A DNA stretch of 64,000 nucleotides, taken from the NCBI RefSeq assembly GCF_036321535.1, contig NC_087438.1, positions 436,001-500,000 on the forward strand. The letters run 5' to 3'. The notes under the pieces were generated by a model that was not told the DNA's origin, searched no databases, and saw only the letters and a program-made list of their open reading frames with translations. The position numbers and the translations under genes are program-made. Positions within the stretch are counted from its first letter, which is position 1. Each line of letters starts with the position of its first letter. The DNA comes from Camelus dromedarius. Lineage: Eukaryota. Below are positions 11,530-23,560 of the stretch, in pieces.

Positions 11530-13300
11530 TGTAACACTTAAGGAGTGAGAGGGTCCGTTACCAGAGCCACCACATTGCCAGACTCAGGATGTCCAGTTAC
11601 CAACAAAAAGCCATAAAACATACAAAGAGACAGGAAGCCTAGACTTCCAAATTAACAAAGACATTAAATCAGCTTTAGAGTCTTAAACACGCTCGGGAAG
11701 CCGGGGGACATCACGGATACAGAGCTAAAGGAAATAAGGAGACTGGAGCATGGACAGAGGAGCGGAGCAGCAAAGAGGCGGGCAGCGTGCAAAGAAGCCA
11801 AACCAACCCTGGAGCTGAGAAGCACAAACACTGAAACAAAAAGTTCACTACAAAAGCACAACAGACGTGAGCGGGCAGAAAAGAGGGTCAGAAAACCTGA
11901 TGACAACGGAAGTCACCCATTCCGTTCTGACCACACAGAGGAAAGAATGGAGGCAGGTGTGCGGAGCCTGGCAGACCCACGGCCTCCACCCAGGGGCGCA
12001 GCACACGCATTGTGGGGGTCCCGGGACAGAGCAGAAGAATAGCTGAATAAATAATGGCTGAAAACTTCCCAAATCCGATTTTTAAAAACCATGAATCTAC
12101 AGATCCAAGAAGCTTAACAAACGCCAAGCAAGACAAACTCAGAAAATCCACACAGATTTGCAACAGCTGGATTCTTACCCTAAAGAGGGGATTCTGAAAG
12201 CAGCAAGAGAAGCTGCTAACTCAGGCAGGAGACCTCCGGCGTGACCAACAGCCGACTGCTGGGCAGCTTCCACGGAGGCCGGCAGGCAGGGCGTGCCACC
12301 GCGGAAGTCCTGGAGGAAAAACGCCCGCCAACCAAGATTCCAGCACCCCAGACAACGATCTTTTAAGAATGATGGAGAAACTCAGTCTCCGGTACACAAA
12401 AGCTGAGGGGGCTGACCACCAGCAGACCAGCCCTACAGAGACGCTGAAGGAGCTTGCACAGCTCACATGGCCCTCCAGAGTCTTCAGGCTGAAATGCAGA
12501 CACTGGGCGGCAACTCAGAGCCACAGAAGCGGCGGCGAGCAGGGCAAGGTGCCTGTACAGGTCAACGCCTAAGCCGGTGGCAGTGTGCTTTTCTCTGGTG
12601 ACGCCCCCCCCATGTGACTTACATGCATGGCGCAACTACACGTCTCTGTTCATGGTGCACGGTGTGGCGCTCTCCACGGCAGGAGGGCCAGGTTGTGTGG
12701 GGGCAGTGTCTGTGCTGTTGAAACTAAGCCGCTGCTGTTCAGAGCGGCTGCTGTAAATTTAAGATGTTACTTATAAGCCTCAAAGCAACCACTGAGAATG
12801 CACAAAAATGCACAGAAAGGGAAAGGAGAAAGGACTCAAAATGGCAAGGAACAAAGTTCAGCTAAATACAGAGGGCCAGCAACGCAGGGGCTGAGGAACA
12901 GAGAACACACAGAAAACCTCCGGAATACAGACAGCTGTTGGCAGAAGTAAGTCCCTGCTGGTAATTACTTTGAACATAAATGAAGCTGGGCTCACACAGA
13001 CCCCCTCGTCTGCGCGGCCCTCGGTGGTCTATGGCGGTGTAAACAAGACAAAAACGAAAAACTCCCCAAAACATAAATGAAGCTGGAAAGGGCAGAAATC
13101 CTGTGGGAAGAGGTGAACCTGGACCCCTGCCTCATTTCATACAAATAAACAGCAGAATAAGGACTCTGGTCTCAAAATCAAAAATTTAACACTTTTGGCA
13201 TAAAGTGTAGAAGTCTCTCTGGTAGATCTTCGGGTGTAAGAGTTATTAACCAAGACCAAACAGCACTATCTCCAAAATGTTTGTAAATGTGGCTGTATCA
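11530..13300 (+). mobile_element. Ancient L1 (L1M-type) ORF1 region plus a short ORF2 remnant
   Basis: AATAATGGCTGAAAACTTCCCAAAT, CATGAATCTACAGATCCAAGAAGCT and ATTCTGAAAGCAGCAAGAGAA are L1M ORF1 hallmarks; heavily degraded. Confidence 0.75.
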
Positions 13301-13417
13301 AAACTCATGGCTCAGGCTCATCAAAGGTCTTGTTCCGTTAAACAGCGAGTCGAGTACATGGCATCTCTGCCCGCCAACTCGCTCACCTGACAGGGCGTCG
13401 GGAACCAGGCGCGCCCT

Positions 13418-13751
13418 CGCACACGCGCGCGCACACACACACACACGCACACACACACGTGCATACGCACACACACGCACGCACACACACGCACACACAC
13501 GCGCACACGCACACACACACGCACACACACGCACACACACGCATACGCACACACGCATACGCACACACAAACACACACGCACACACACACGCACACACAC
13601 ACGCATACGCACACACAAACACACACGCACACACGCGCGCGCGCACACGCACACATACGCACACACACGCGCATACGCACACACACGCACACACACACGC
13701 ACACACACGCGCACACGCACACACAGGCACACGCACACGCACACACACACG
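13418..13751. repeat. Long imperfect (CA)n/(CG)n microsatellite
   Basis: About 330 bp of near-continuous purine-pyrimidine alternation. Confidence 0.97.
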
Positions 13752-13897
13752 ACTTCCCGCACTCAGCTTCCCGCCGTCTGAGCGTCGCCCCGCCCGCTCC
13801 GCCCCGCTGCGCTGTCACACAGGCCATCCAGCCCTGTCAGCCTCAGGCTTGGAGGGGCCTGACTTTCCTCCGTGGGCCCCACCACGCCCGGCCTTAC

Positions 13898-13985
13898 CTG
13901 CAGCGACGGGGAGCCCTCCAGGCTGCGGCTGCTGACGGAGCTCGGGCACCTGGACGGCGACAGGAACTCCTTACGCTTCATTCTG
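13898..13985 (-). CDS. ZDHHC11: ZDHHC11 tail exon, 88 nt (RMKRKEFLSPSRCPSSVSSRSLEGSPSLQ); NAGNAG acceptor gives an 85-nt alternative
   Basis: CCTGCCACCCCAG|CAG acceptor, CAG|GTAAGG donor, phase 2-0, similar to the exons at 18249 and 24243. Confidence 0.72.
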
Positions 13986-14678
13986 CTGGGGTGGCAGGGG
14001 ACAAGACCCACGTCAACAGGGAAGCCCCTCCTTGTGGGGGGGCTCTCGCAGGGCTGCTGTGTCCTGCAGTGTTGCCGCTGTGGTCTCCCGCTTGCCTGCA
14101 CAGCCTCGGATGGTGGTGGGGGGGACTCAGGGGCTCGGGGTTTGTGAGAAACAGGCCCAAGGCTCACATGGGAAGGACGTCCATGCTGAGAGACCTTCCA
14201 CCCGCTGGTAGAAAATTAAAGCAAACCGCCTGGTGGGTCCTAGCAGCTGAAGCCCCTTCACCCTTGGACAAGCAGCTCCCGTGCGCAGCGGGCCCTCTGC
14301 ACTCCTCCGTGCCCTCCACCGGGTCAGCTTCTGCACCAATGTGGCTGCCACTCAGACCAACAGCCCAGAAGCCCCACCCGTCCATCCGCAAGCCTTTGGG
14401 AGTGGAGCCCCCCTTCCACTCAGTGTCCCAGGCCCGCATCTTCACACACCAGGCACCACCTAAGGGGGCTTTTTCGGGCCAGGTTGAGCCCAAGGCCCTG
14501 GTGTCCAGGGGCAGGGGCTCAGCTGTGCGGTCAGTGTGGTTGGAGTGAGTCTGGCCGCGGCTGTCCAGATGCCAGTTTGTTCACCTGAGCAAATTGCCAG
14601 GTTTACCCTAGAAACACTTTGCAGCAAAAAAGGGCCAGACTTGGTTGTGTATCCCGGCCAGGGGATTTGCAAACTTAC

Positions 14679-14743
14679 ACCGTGTTAGTGTAACTACTGT
14701 TCACACAGGTAACCCTTCCATGAAACAGGGTTAGCTCATTTTC
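14679..14743 (-). CDS. ZDHHC11: ZDHHC11 tail exon, 65 nt (ENELTLFHGRVTCVNSSYTNTV)
   Basis: TTTACGTCTCCAACAG acceptor, GTAAGT donor, phase 0-2 links flanking exons in frame. Confidence 0.65.
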
Positions 14744-15894
14744 CTGTTGGAGACGTAAAGTCTGGACTGAAGACAACAGAAGGCTCCAGCAGAGAGGGAG
14801 GGGTGCGTCTCAGAGCTGGAAGGGCCTCCACCCGCCAGCATCCCACCCTGCCCTCCTCCTGGCAGAAGGGTGTTCTCGGCACGGAGGCTTTCAAGGCTGG
14901 TCTCCAAAGTCTTGTCCAGGAAGCCTGCGCCTCTGGGCTGCAGGCTGCGGAGACAGGGACGCCGCCAGGGCCGAGGCCCAGGACGCTGGAGCTTCCAGAC
15001 CAAGACTCAGGAAGGCGGTGGGACTTCCTCGTGGAGCTGGGCTGCTGGGGACACGGCGCTGGTCCCCCCAGAACACGTCCATTAATAAAATGGGGGAGGA
15101 GGACGGGTCCCCAGACCCCCGTGCCCACTGGCCTAGCCTGTCGACGTGAGTGGGTTTGTGAGCGTGCGGAGGGACGGAGAGGTGTTCATGCTCTGTGTGG
15201 GCATTGCCCTCGAGGTGGTGTTCCGCGGCGGGGGTATTTTTATTTCGCACGCTGTTACTGCTGTGTTTAGATGGGTACAACGAACACCTAGTTGGGTACT
15301 AAAGACTCAGGCTCCCCTCATCTCAAACCTCATCTCAAAGTCGCCCCGACCCAGGGCTGCCGGCCGGGACGGCTGGAGCCCGCTGGCCCCCGACCCATCA
15401 TGATGCAGACCTGGCCCCACGCACGTTCACAGGGAGAGGAATGCGTGAGCCCTACTTGTGTCTGCGTGTCAGCCCAGACGTCAGTGCAGGAAGACGCGGA
15501 GGAGGAAAGAGGGCCCTTCGAGCCGGGGAGGCGTGGGGGCACACGGAGGAGCCGGCAAGGCGGGGGCGGCCACTAACAGCTTCGTGTTCTGTCCATGCCC
15601 TGTGGCCTCTGCGGAGGAATTACTGTCCCGAGGAATCTGAGTTCAGATGGGCTTAGAGCTATTTCTCAGACTCACCTCAGTGCAGGTGAGCTCAGCTGGG
15701 CGGCCAGTTCCTGTTGGCGAGAGGGTGGGAACGGTCATCCCTGAGGTTAGGAAGGAGCCCTGCTGACCTGCGCTTGCCTCCCCCCACATTCAAGCCCAGT
15801 ATTGGTGGATTCGAGTCACGCTACCTCGGGGGCTCCTGGGTCCAGGGAAGGGTCCCTGGTGGCATGGCCCCTCCCCCCACCCCCGAGTTCCGGC

Positions 15895-16203
15895 CGGAAC
15901 TGTGTCCCCTCCCATTTCATGTGCTGAAGTCCTGGCCCTGGAGACTTGGAACGTGACCGCATCTGGGGACGGGGCCTCCGCAGAGGCCATGATGTTAAAT
16001 GTGGCCACGGCGGGGGTGGTCCTGCCCCTTGTGTTCTTGTGCCAAGAGGAGATCAGGGCCGAGCTGCCGGACAGCACGGAGGGCACAGCCAAGGATGGGG
16101 CCTCAGGGGACTCCAAACTCAGTGACGCCCTGAACTCAGAGCTTGGCTGCCAGAACCTGAGGACATAAAACCCTGGGCTCTGGCCCTTTGTGATGGCGGC
16201 CCC
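15895..16203 (+). mobile_element. MaLR solo LTR relic (MLT1-like)
   Basis: AACTGTGTCCCCTCCCATTTCATGTGCTGAAGTCCT...GAACGTGACC...TTTGTGATGGCGGCCC. Confidence 0.65.
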
Positions 16204-18248
16204 ATGTGCCCATCCTCCACTCTCTCAGTAAAGCCGGGCACGGGGTGGCTGGGCCACATGAAAGGACGAATTTGACTCGAGGTGCCGATGGCCTGGCCTC
16301 CCCGTGTCTCAGCCCCACGGGGTGTCGGTGCACATTCCGGTTAGAGCCCCGCCGGTGGGGCGTGGCGGCCGTGACCGTGGCTTTAGTCCGTTTCCTCACC
16401 GCCTGACGGTGTCGGCGTCTGTCCACGTGCTCACTTGCCACGGGTCCCGCTGGTGAAGTCTGTTCAGATCTAACCTCAACCCTAACTCTAAGTTTTGATG
16501 AGGCCCAATGTACCATTTTTTCCTTCTCTTTTCAACTAAAACAATTTAAGTATTACTTAATACATTTTTACTCTAAAAATCATGCAAGCACACATGACAC
16601 TTTAGCTAACAGTTTCCGAGGTTCAGTCACCCTAATGTGTTTTCACGCATTTCCTGTCAGTCTTTTCTTCCCTAGTCACAGGTTTGGGGTTTGCTCATGT
16701 GGCCGCAGCTATGCCGCACGTGTGATCTAGACCCTGCTTTCCCTGCTTACCAGATCACAAGCATGCACGGTTTTATTGCCTCGTCTTCAAAGCCAGAATC
16801 CTCATCGTCTATCAGGACTGGGCATCCGGCCTGTTCTACGTAATCGTTCACCTAAATTTGGGTTGTTGGTGACTTCAGGCTTTCGTTATTATAAGCGTGT
16901 CACCGTGAGCACCTCTGCAGGGAAGCGCAGTCCGCACTCGTGGCTGGGTCTTTGCTAGTAACAGGCACTCGAGTGCTTCCTGCGTGCGGGGGGCTGTGCC
17001 AGGGCGTGGGTTATCTTGTTTAATCTCTACCAGAAAACCTGGAGGCAGATGATTTTGTCACCCTCGGCTCACAGAGGAGGAGGTCTGCACAGGCTCCCCA
17101 CCCGGGGAGCCGGCAGCACTGGGTTGCACCAGGAACCCTTAGGGTCTGTTTTCTTCTCGGGAGGGCAGTTCCTGGGTCGCGAGTTTATTAACGGGTTTGC
17201 CCAAAGGAAGCCCTTTTTAAAAATAACCTTGATGTGCTAATGCACATCATGGTGGCGGTACTGGGCATCTAAGAGAGTGGACGGTGTGCATCCGCTGTGT
17301 GTCGGATGCTGGGGGTGCCAGCTGAGCAGGCTGTGTAATCGTCTCACATGGTGACAGAGTCATGCTTGTGGTGCCACATCAGGGAAGGCTGTGCCTAACA
17401 CAGGAGCGCACACGTTCTAGTGTGTGACTTCTTCCAGGAGCACAAAGTCGGGGGAAACACAGTGACAGTGCCGGCGCCCACGGAAGGGCTTCGGCCATTC
17501 AGACAGACCGTTACAACCAGGCGGGCCTGGTCCGCACGTGCACCTTTATCATTTGCTTCTTGGAGGCTGAGCGCACTGTCTGGGCCCCTGTGCTGAGTGT
17601 GACATCCACCGCATGAGAGGGCAGGGCCAGGCTGGGGCGCCACCAGATGGTCAGTGCCTCTGCCACCGCTGTGCCGGGAGGGGTCACGGGAAGTGGCTGG
17701 GGGGGAGGTCATGCCGTAACTGGCCATAGTTTAAGCTGTGACCTCGTCACGGCGTTAAACCGAAGACCCTCAGACTCTACCCCTCTCTGGGCACGGAAGC
17801 TGCCTCTGGAGGTCATGCCAGCCCCACTGAGGACCAGCCCCAGTCTCTCCAACTGAACTCTGACCCCGGGCTCCGACGGCTCGGTGATGAATGCAGGGAC
17901 CTTGTGCCCCTGCTGCCCAGAGACTCTCAGGGCAGCCCTTGTCTGGGATGATAAGTGGCCCGTGGAGACCACGGGGACAGAGTGCTGTCGGGGACACCGG
18001 CTGGTTTCACTGCACCAGGCTTGAGCCACACGCTTCCCTGCCTGTTTCTCTGTCTCACACACGGCCCCGCAGTTGAGAATGCTTTGTGTCACTCACTTGA
18101 TTTTTCTGCTGTTCCTCACCTGGGCAGCCTCCTGGGGCCACCACAGACGCTCAGACAAGCCCATCAGACAAGCAAGCCCGATGCTGGCGTCCTCACCCCG
18201 CTCTCGGGGGCGGGACCCCACCCGGCTCCCCCCAGGCCTGAGGCTCAC

Positions 18249-18336
18249 CTGGCTCAGCGAGGAGCTCTCGCTGCAGCTGGTGGTGGAGGGCTGGATGGAG
18301 AGTGCAGTGGACGACAGGAGCTCCAGGGACTTCAGG
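18249..18336 (-). CDS. ZDHHC11: ZDHHC11 tail exon, 88 nt (LKSLELLSSTALSIQPSTTSCSESSSLSQ)
   Basis: CCTACCCCCACCAG acceptor, CAG|GTGAGC donor, phase 2-0. Confidence 0.72.
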
Positions 18337-18694
18337 CTGGTGGGGGTAGGCGGGGGAAGGCACATGCATCAGCGAAGCCTGTCTGTGGTGGGGGAGGCTC
18401 CGGGGGGCCGCCGAAGGCTGCGGTACCGCCCAGCGCTCAACACTGTGGCTCTGCTTCTCCTGCAGAACCCGGGAAGCCGGCAGTTCCTGGGAAGCTGCGT
18501 TTGTGCTCGGGTTCCGGGCCCCGGGGAGGGGAAGGGCAGCAGGGGGAGAAGCCTGGACAGCGGGAGGCTGGTCCATGCGGAGCAGGGCCGGGCTGGGCCA
18601 GGCCTGGGTTTGGTGGGAAGGAGTTTCGGGGTCTCTGAGAGGAGCGGTGGTGTGGCTCGGAGGTCGTGGGTCCCTTGGTGAACGTAGACGGGGT

Positions 18695-19020
18695 AAGTGA
18701 GCTGAATAGTGTCCTCCAGAAACTCGTGTCCCCCCACGACCTCCTTGTTTCAAATGTGATTAGGGCCCTCGAGGTGTCCTCATCCCAGGACGAGGGTGGG
18801 CCCTCGACCCCTGACTCACCGTGTCCTTCCAGGGAGAGGCTGGCCAGGGCTAGCGGGAGGTGCCTCAAGCCTGGGACACAGGGGCCCGGGCCGGCAGCAG
18901 CAGGCTCCTCAGAGCTGCGGACAATGCCCTGCGACCCCTTGGTTGGGCTTCTAGCCGCCAACCCGAAAGAGAACGAATTTCTCTCGTGGTAAGCCACGAG
19001 GCTGTGGGAGTTTGTGGTGT
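18695..19020 (+). mobile_element. MaLR solo LTR relic (MLT1-like)
   Basis: GCTGAATAGTGTCCTCCAGAAACTCGTGTCC...AATTTCTCTCGTGGTAAGCCAC...GTTTGTGG. Confidence 0.6.
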
Positions 19021-19835
19021 TAAACCTTAAACTATCACAAGAGAGCTGTGCTGAGTTATCCACGGAGGCCCAGGGCGGTTGGGGTCTGCCTCACCCGGGG
19101 GCATGGCTGACTAACCCAAGGTCTGTCCATGCACCGGCACCATGTCCCTGGGCACAAGGAGTGGCACCTGTGTGGGGTGTCATAAAAGTTGCCCACGATA
19201 TTTTGGGGGGACGTATAAAATAGGAGGCTGCAGGCTGGCTCGTGCGGCACCACCCGGGCTTCTTGTGGGGCCTGTGCGCGTGGCAGAAAGCGGCAGCTGC
19301 ACAGACCTTCCCCTCGAGCTGGCACTGGGGGCGTCGGGGGTGGGGGTTTCACCCACTGCCCTGCCGTTGAAGTCACACCTGAGTGTGTGTCACGGGTTTA
19401 ATTTTTAAGACTCAGTTAGGTACTATTAGTATTAAAGACCACCTCCTACCATCCAAATGTGGCCCCCATGGCCCTCCCCATCTCTGAGTGGTCCCATGTG
19501 GCCATCGGACCCTGTCAGCAGAGTTTGTAACCTCTGGGGGACTGGGCCAGGGGAGTAGCAGCAGCGTCCAGAGTAGGGGTCAGGGCTGTGCCGTGCAGGG
19601 TGGGGGTGGGCGCCCCACAGGGACCCCGCGTGGCCTCTCTCACACGGCTCGGCAGTCAGTGCCCCTGCGGCGCGATGGGAAGGCTGGGAGGGCCTGGAGG
19701 GCATCACCTAAGGGCTGGAGAGGGGCGTTGTGCACACGGGACGGTGCAGGCAAGCGGCTCGTTCTTTTTATCTTTTTAAAAACCCATTAGCTAAACACTC
19801 GTGAAAAGCGTTTGATAAAAGTAGCTTTGCCCCCG

Positions 19836-20035
19836 GTTTTACTGTGAAATAATTGGCACATTGTGCAGGTTTAAGGCTCACGACACGATTCGGTTTCGTA
19901 TGTGCTGCGGAGCGATCAGCACAGCGAGCCAGCACTCCTCACCTCAGGTAGCTGCAGTTATTTCCCTTGAGGGGAGAACTTCTAAGATCTACTCTCAGAG
20001 CCACTCTCCAGCCCGTGACCAGTACTGCTCACCTA
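19836..20035 (-). mobile_element. L1 3' end relic (L1MA/MB-type, antisense)
   Basis: TGAAATAATTGGCACATTGTGCAGGTTTAAGG...GAGAACTTCTAAGATCTACTCTC. Confidence 0.6.
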
Positions 20036-20126
20036 AAGGTGAACGTTCTCGTTGTGTCCCAGTCAGTCGTGTCTGACTTGGGGGAAGCTGTGATGGGGTG
20101 AATTACTTCATGTGTTGGAAGAGGGC

Positions 20127-20374
20127 AAAGCAACATGGGTTTGAACTGTGTGGGCCCACTTATGTGTGCTTATTTTGGACCCTCCGTGTGCACAGGTTCC
20201 ACGTACGAGGACTCACCCAAGCTTGGATTGAAATTTCCATCTGTGGTTGGTTGAGTCCTCAGATCCAGAACCTGCAGACACGGAGGACTGACCGTGTGAC
20301 GTGGTCATCTGTGGGTTTTGGTGAATGCAGGGGCTTCTGACACCGACCCCCCAAGGGTACCACGGGACGACTGC
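20127..20374. mobile_element. Non-autonomous TcMar-Tigger DNA transposon relic
   Basis: CAACATGGGTTTGAACTGTGTGGGCCCACTTAT at the left end and GGGTACCACGGGACGACTG at the right end are Tigger/MER2-type termini. Confidence 0.65.
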
Positions 20375-20379
20375 ATTGC

Positions 20380-20747
20380 AACCCTAGTTCCTAGGACCTC
20401 AGAACGTGACCTTAATTGGAGAGTGGGTCTTTCAGAAGCCATGAACTTAAAATGAGGTCGTGAGGGTGGGTAATAATCCAATACCAATGGCAGCCTTATA
20501 AAAAGGCAGAGTCTGTCTCCAGAGACAGACAGGCTTGGAGGGAGGACAACGTGGGGAGACACGGAGAAGACCACCACCTACAAGCCACGGACAGGGGCTC
20601 GGAGCGGGCCCCGCGTGCTCAGGAGGACCCCCTCGCTGACACCTTGACTCCAGACTTCTGCCCTCCAGACAGCGGGAGAATCCGCTTCTGTTTTTAAACC
20701 GCCTGCCTGCGGTGCTTTGTCATGGCAGCCCTAGCAAATGGAAGCAC
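20380..20747 (+). mobile_element. MaLR solo LTR (MLT1B-like)
   Basis: ACCTCAGAACGTGACCTTAATTGGAGA...TTAAAATGAGGTC...GCTGACACCTTGACTCCAGACTTCT...TTTGTCATGGCAGCCCTAGCAAA. Confidence 0.8.
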
Positions 20748-20813
20748 CTACTGTAGCACCGAGCACGTTCCCTGTTCTCCACATCCGACGAAGAGATGAG
20801 CTCACAGGCTCAC

Positions 20814-20848
20814 CGCGGAGACTGTGCGCACGTCCCCGCGATGCTGGC
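20814..20848 (-). CDS. ZDHHC11: Candidate ZDHHC11 tail exon, 35 nt (ASIAGTCAQSPR)
   Basis: GCG|GTGAGC donor; length and phase 0-2 are exactly what is needed between the 24243 and 18336 exons; acceptor (CACTATGAAG) has a weak pyrimidine tract. Confidence 0.5.
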
Positions 20849-21769
20849 CTTCATAGTGGGCCACTCTCTGCTTTGTGATTTTGAAGGTGGAAAGGCCGTG
20901 CGCACTTCATGTGCGTGTGTGCAGTGTTCCGGGACAGAGAGGTCATTAACTTAGCGTTTGCTAATATGCAACACTGACACAAGGTGCATAGGCCTGACCC
21001 TTAGAGCTTGGATGAGACCAGACGTCATCGAAGGTCATAGAAAGACATTCAGAGCCAGCAGGCCCTGCTCTCTGACTGGCAGAGGGCGACGGGCATGGCC
21101 TGACTTCCGGTCAGTTGTGTGGAGGGACAGAGGCTCTGTCGTTTTGTAAGTGAGGTAAGTTGAGAACGAGCTACAGGCGCGGCCGTCAGTGTTAGTAATG
21201 GCAAGCTAGAGCTCTGTCTCCCGTTGCGCTCTCACGCCGTCTAAAAGCGTTCCATCACCTGAGCTGAGAGGAGAATGTGGCTGTTCCTCAGACAGAGCAT
21301 CTGGAGGAAGCCCTGACTTACCCCTGCACCGACCAGCTCTTGCTGATGGCAGCTTCCTGTGAGGGGGAATGAAAATGAAGACATTGTAAAAGGAGAAATT
21401 GTTGCTACTTAGGGTATTTTGCAGAAAATTCAAACCTATTGTCATTTGACTTCAAGTCACGGCACTGCAGGGACTCCTGAGGTCGGGCAGTGCCTTTCCC
21501 CAGCCGTGTTCCGAGCTTGCGAGGACCCGGCAGTGGGACGGCGGGGCCGCACAGAGGGAGCACGGAGGGAGCACGGAGGGAGCACGGAGGTGTTAGACCC
21601 CGCCCACCGCGGCTCGCTGTGCGGCCTGGGAGTCAGACTTCTGACTCACCAGCGCTTGGCACATGGGTCTGTTGTACTTTGGCCCCTCTAGTTCATGGGC
21701 AGCGGTGTCTTCCAGGGCTATAAACTGGCGCCCCCAACCCTGGCGATGCTGCCCACCTTGGCACGTGCT

Positions 21770-23560
21770 CATTTGCCCCCCAAACACCCGTTTGCTGCAG
21801 TTTGTTCAAGGCTTTTGCTCGTTAAAAAAAAATGGGTCATTGGGTTCTGAGAAGTCTTTATATATTCTGGATACAAGTACATGGTTTGGAATATTTATTC
21901 CAGTCTGTGACTTACATTTTAATTTTTGTAATGGTGACTTTGAAAGAGCAAATGTTTTTAAGTTTGATAATGCCCAATTTTTCATTTTTTTCTTTAATTG
22001 TACTTTTGGTATCATATTAAAGAAAACTTGGCCTAACTCAAGATCACAAAGATTCTCCTCTGTTCTCTTCCTAAAGCTTGTAGTTTAGCTCTTAAAGTTA
22101 GCTTCGTGGGTGAGTTTGAGCTATTTGTGTGGGTGCTGTGAAGTGGGGCATTACGTTCATTTTTTTTAATTTTGCATGCGGTTATCCAATTATTCCAGCA
22201 CTATTTACTGAAAATGTTCACATTTCTCCCCATTGAATTGCCTTGATACCTTGGTTTAAAGTCCATTGGCCAGAAATGTGAAGGTTTTATTTCTGGAGTT
22301 TCCATTCTGTCCATTGGTCTGTGTGTCTGTCCTTATGCTGGCGCCGTACTGTCTTGGCTACTGTAGCTTCACAGTGAATTTTGAAGTTCTTTTTCCAAAT
22401 TATTCCTGCTACTCCAAGTCCTCTGAATTCCTATATACATTTTGAGATCAACTTGCTCTTTCCTTAAAGAAAAAAACTTCCTGGGAATTCAGCGGGGACC
22501 ATGGTCAGCCTGTAGATCAGCTGGGGGAAGTTCTTCCTATCGTGACGATACTGGGCGCTCCAGCCCGTGAAGACGGTAAGCCTTTCACCTGGAGGGTGTT
22601 TAACTTCTCTTGCAATAGCTCCTGGCTTTACACATACGGGTTTGTACTTGTTTTTGTTATTTTATTATTTTTGATGCTACTGTGAATGAAACAATTTTCT
22701 TAATAGCATTTTCAGATTTTTTATTGCTAGTATATAGACGTATGACTGTTTTTAATATTGATTTTGTATCCCACCACCTGGCCAAGCAACCTTATTTCTA
22801 CGAGCTTTTTTGCAGATTTGTTAGGGTCATGTAGTTAAGTGCAGTTTCACTTTCAAATCTATATGCCTTTAATTTAGTATTCTCTCTCTACTGCACCACC
22901 TGGAACTTTAGTAAAATGTCCAGGAGAAGTGTGGAATGGACATTCTTACCTTGGCCCCAGCATCAAGGGGAAAGCGTTTGGTGGGAGCTAATACATGTTC
23001 ACTGTCAGTGTTGTCAGTCTCTTGGTCAGACTGAGGGTGTTTCTCCCTCTCAGCTGTGAAATTGTTTTTATCATAAATGTGTTATTAGCAAATGCTCTTT
23101 CTGATTGACATGTCATGTGTTTATTGTACTTTATTTTCAGGTGTTAAGCCGACCCTGCATTCCTGGAGCAGACCTCTCCTAGCCATGGTGTGCGACCCTG
23201 CATATATGGGACTGCATTTGGTTCGCTAATGTGTTGTTAATGGTATTTGCCTCTATGTCCATGGGTGATACTGGCTTCTGCTAATCTGCTTTTGGTGACA
23301 TTATCCGGCCTTGGTATTATGTGCTGGCCTCACAGAATGCGTTGGGAAGTGTTTCTTCCTCCTCTATTTTCTGAGAGTTCGTGCATAATTTTTTTTCTTA
23401 AAATATCAGGTAGAATTCACCAATAAAGTCATGAGGGTCTGGGATTTTCTTTGTGGGGAATTTAAAATTAGCAGTTCAGTATCTTTACCTGTTATATGTC
23501 CATTCAAATTATCTATTTCTTCTTCTCAGTCTGATCATTTGTGTCAATTAAGTAGACTAG
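21770..23560 (-). mobile_element. Ancient L1 ORF2 remnant (antisense)
   Basis: T-rich; TCTTTATATATTCTGGATACAAGT, TATCCAATTATTCCAGCACTATTTACTGAAAA, TTATTGCTAGTATATAGA, GTAGAATTCACCA. Confidence 0.85.

Noticed and set aside
12990..13040. Faint 5S rRNA-like words (CTCGTCTG, GTCTATGGC)
   Set aside because: Matches are short and in the wrong order for 5S rRNA; left as unknown origin.
13287..13935. His/Thr- and Cys/Val-rich ORFs
   Set aside because: Translations of the CA/CG microsatellite.
21554..21590. Short tandem repeats (11-mer x3 here; 15-mer x2 at ~31425-31456) as possible CRISPR-like arrays
   Set aside because: No spacers, no cas genes, mammalian context; ordinary minisatellites.
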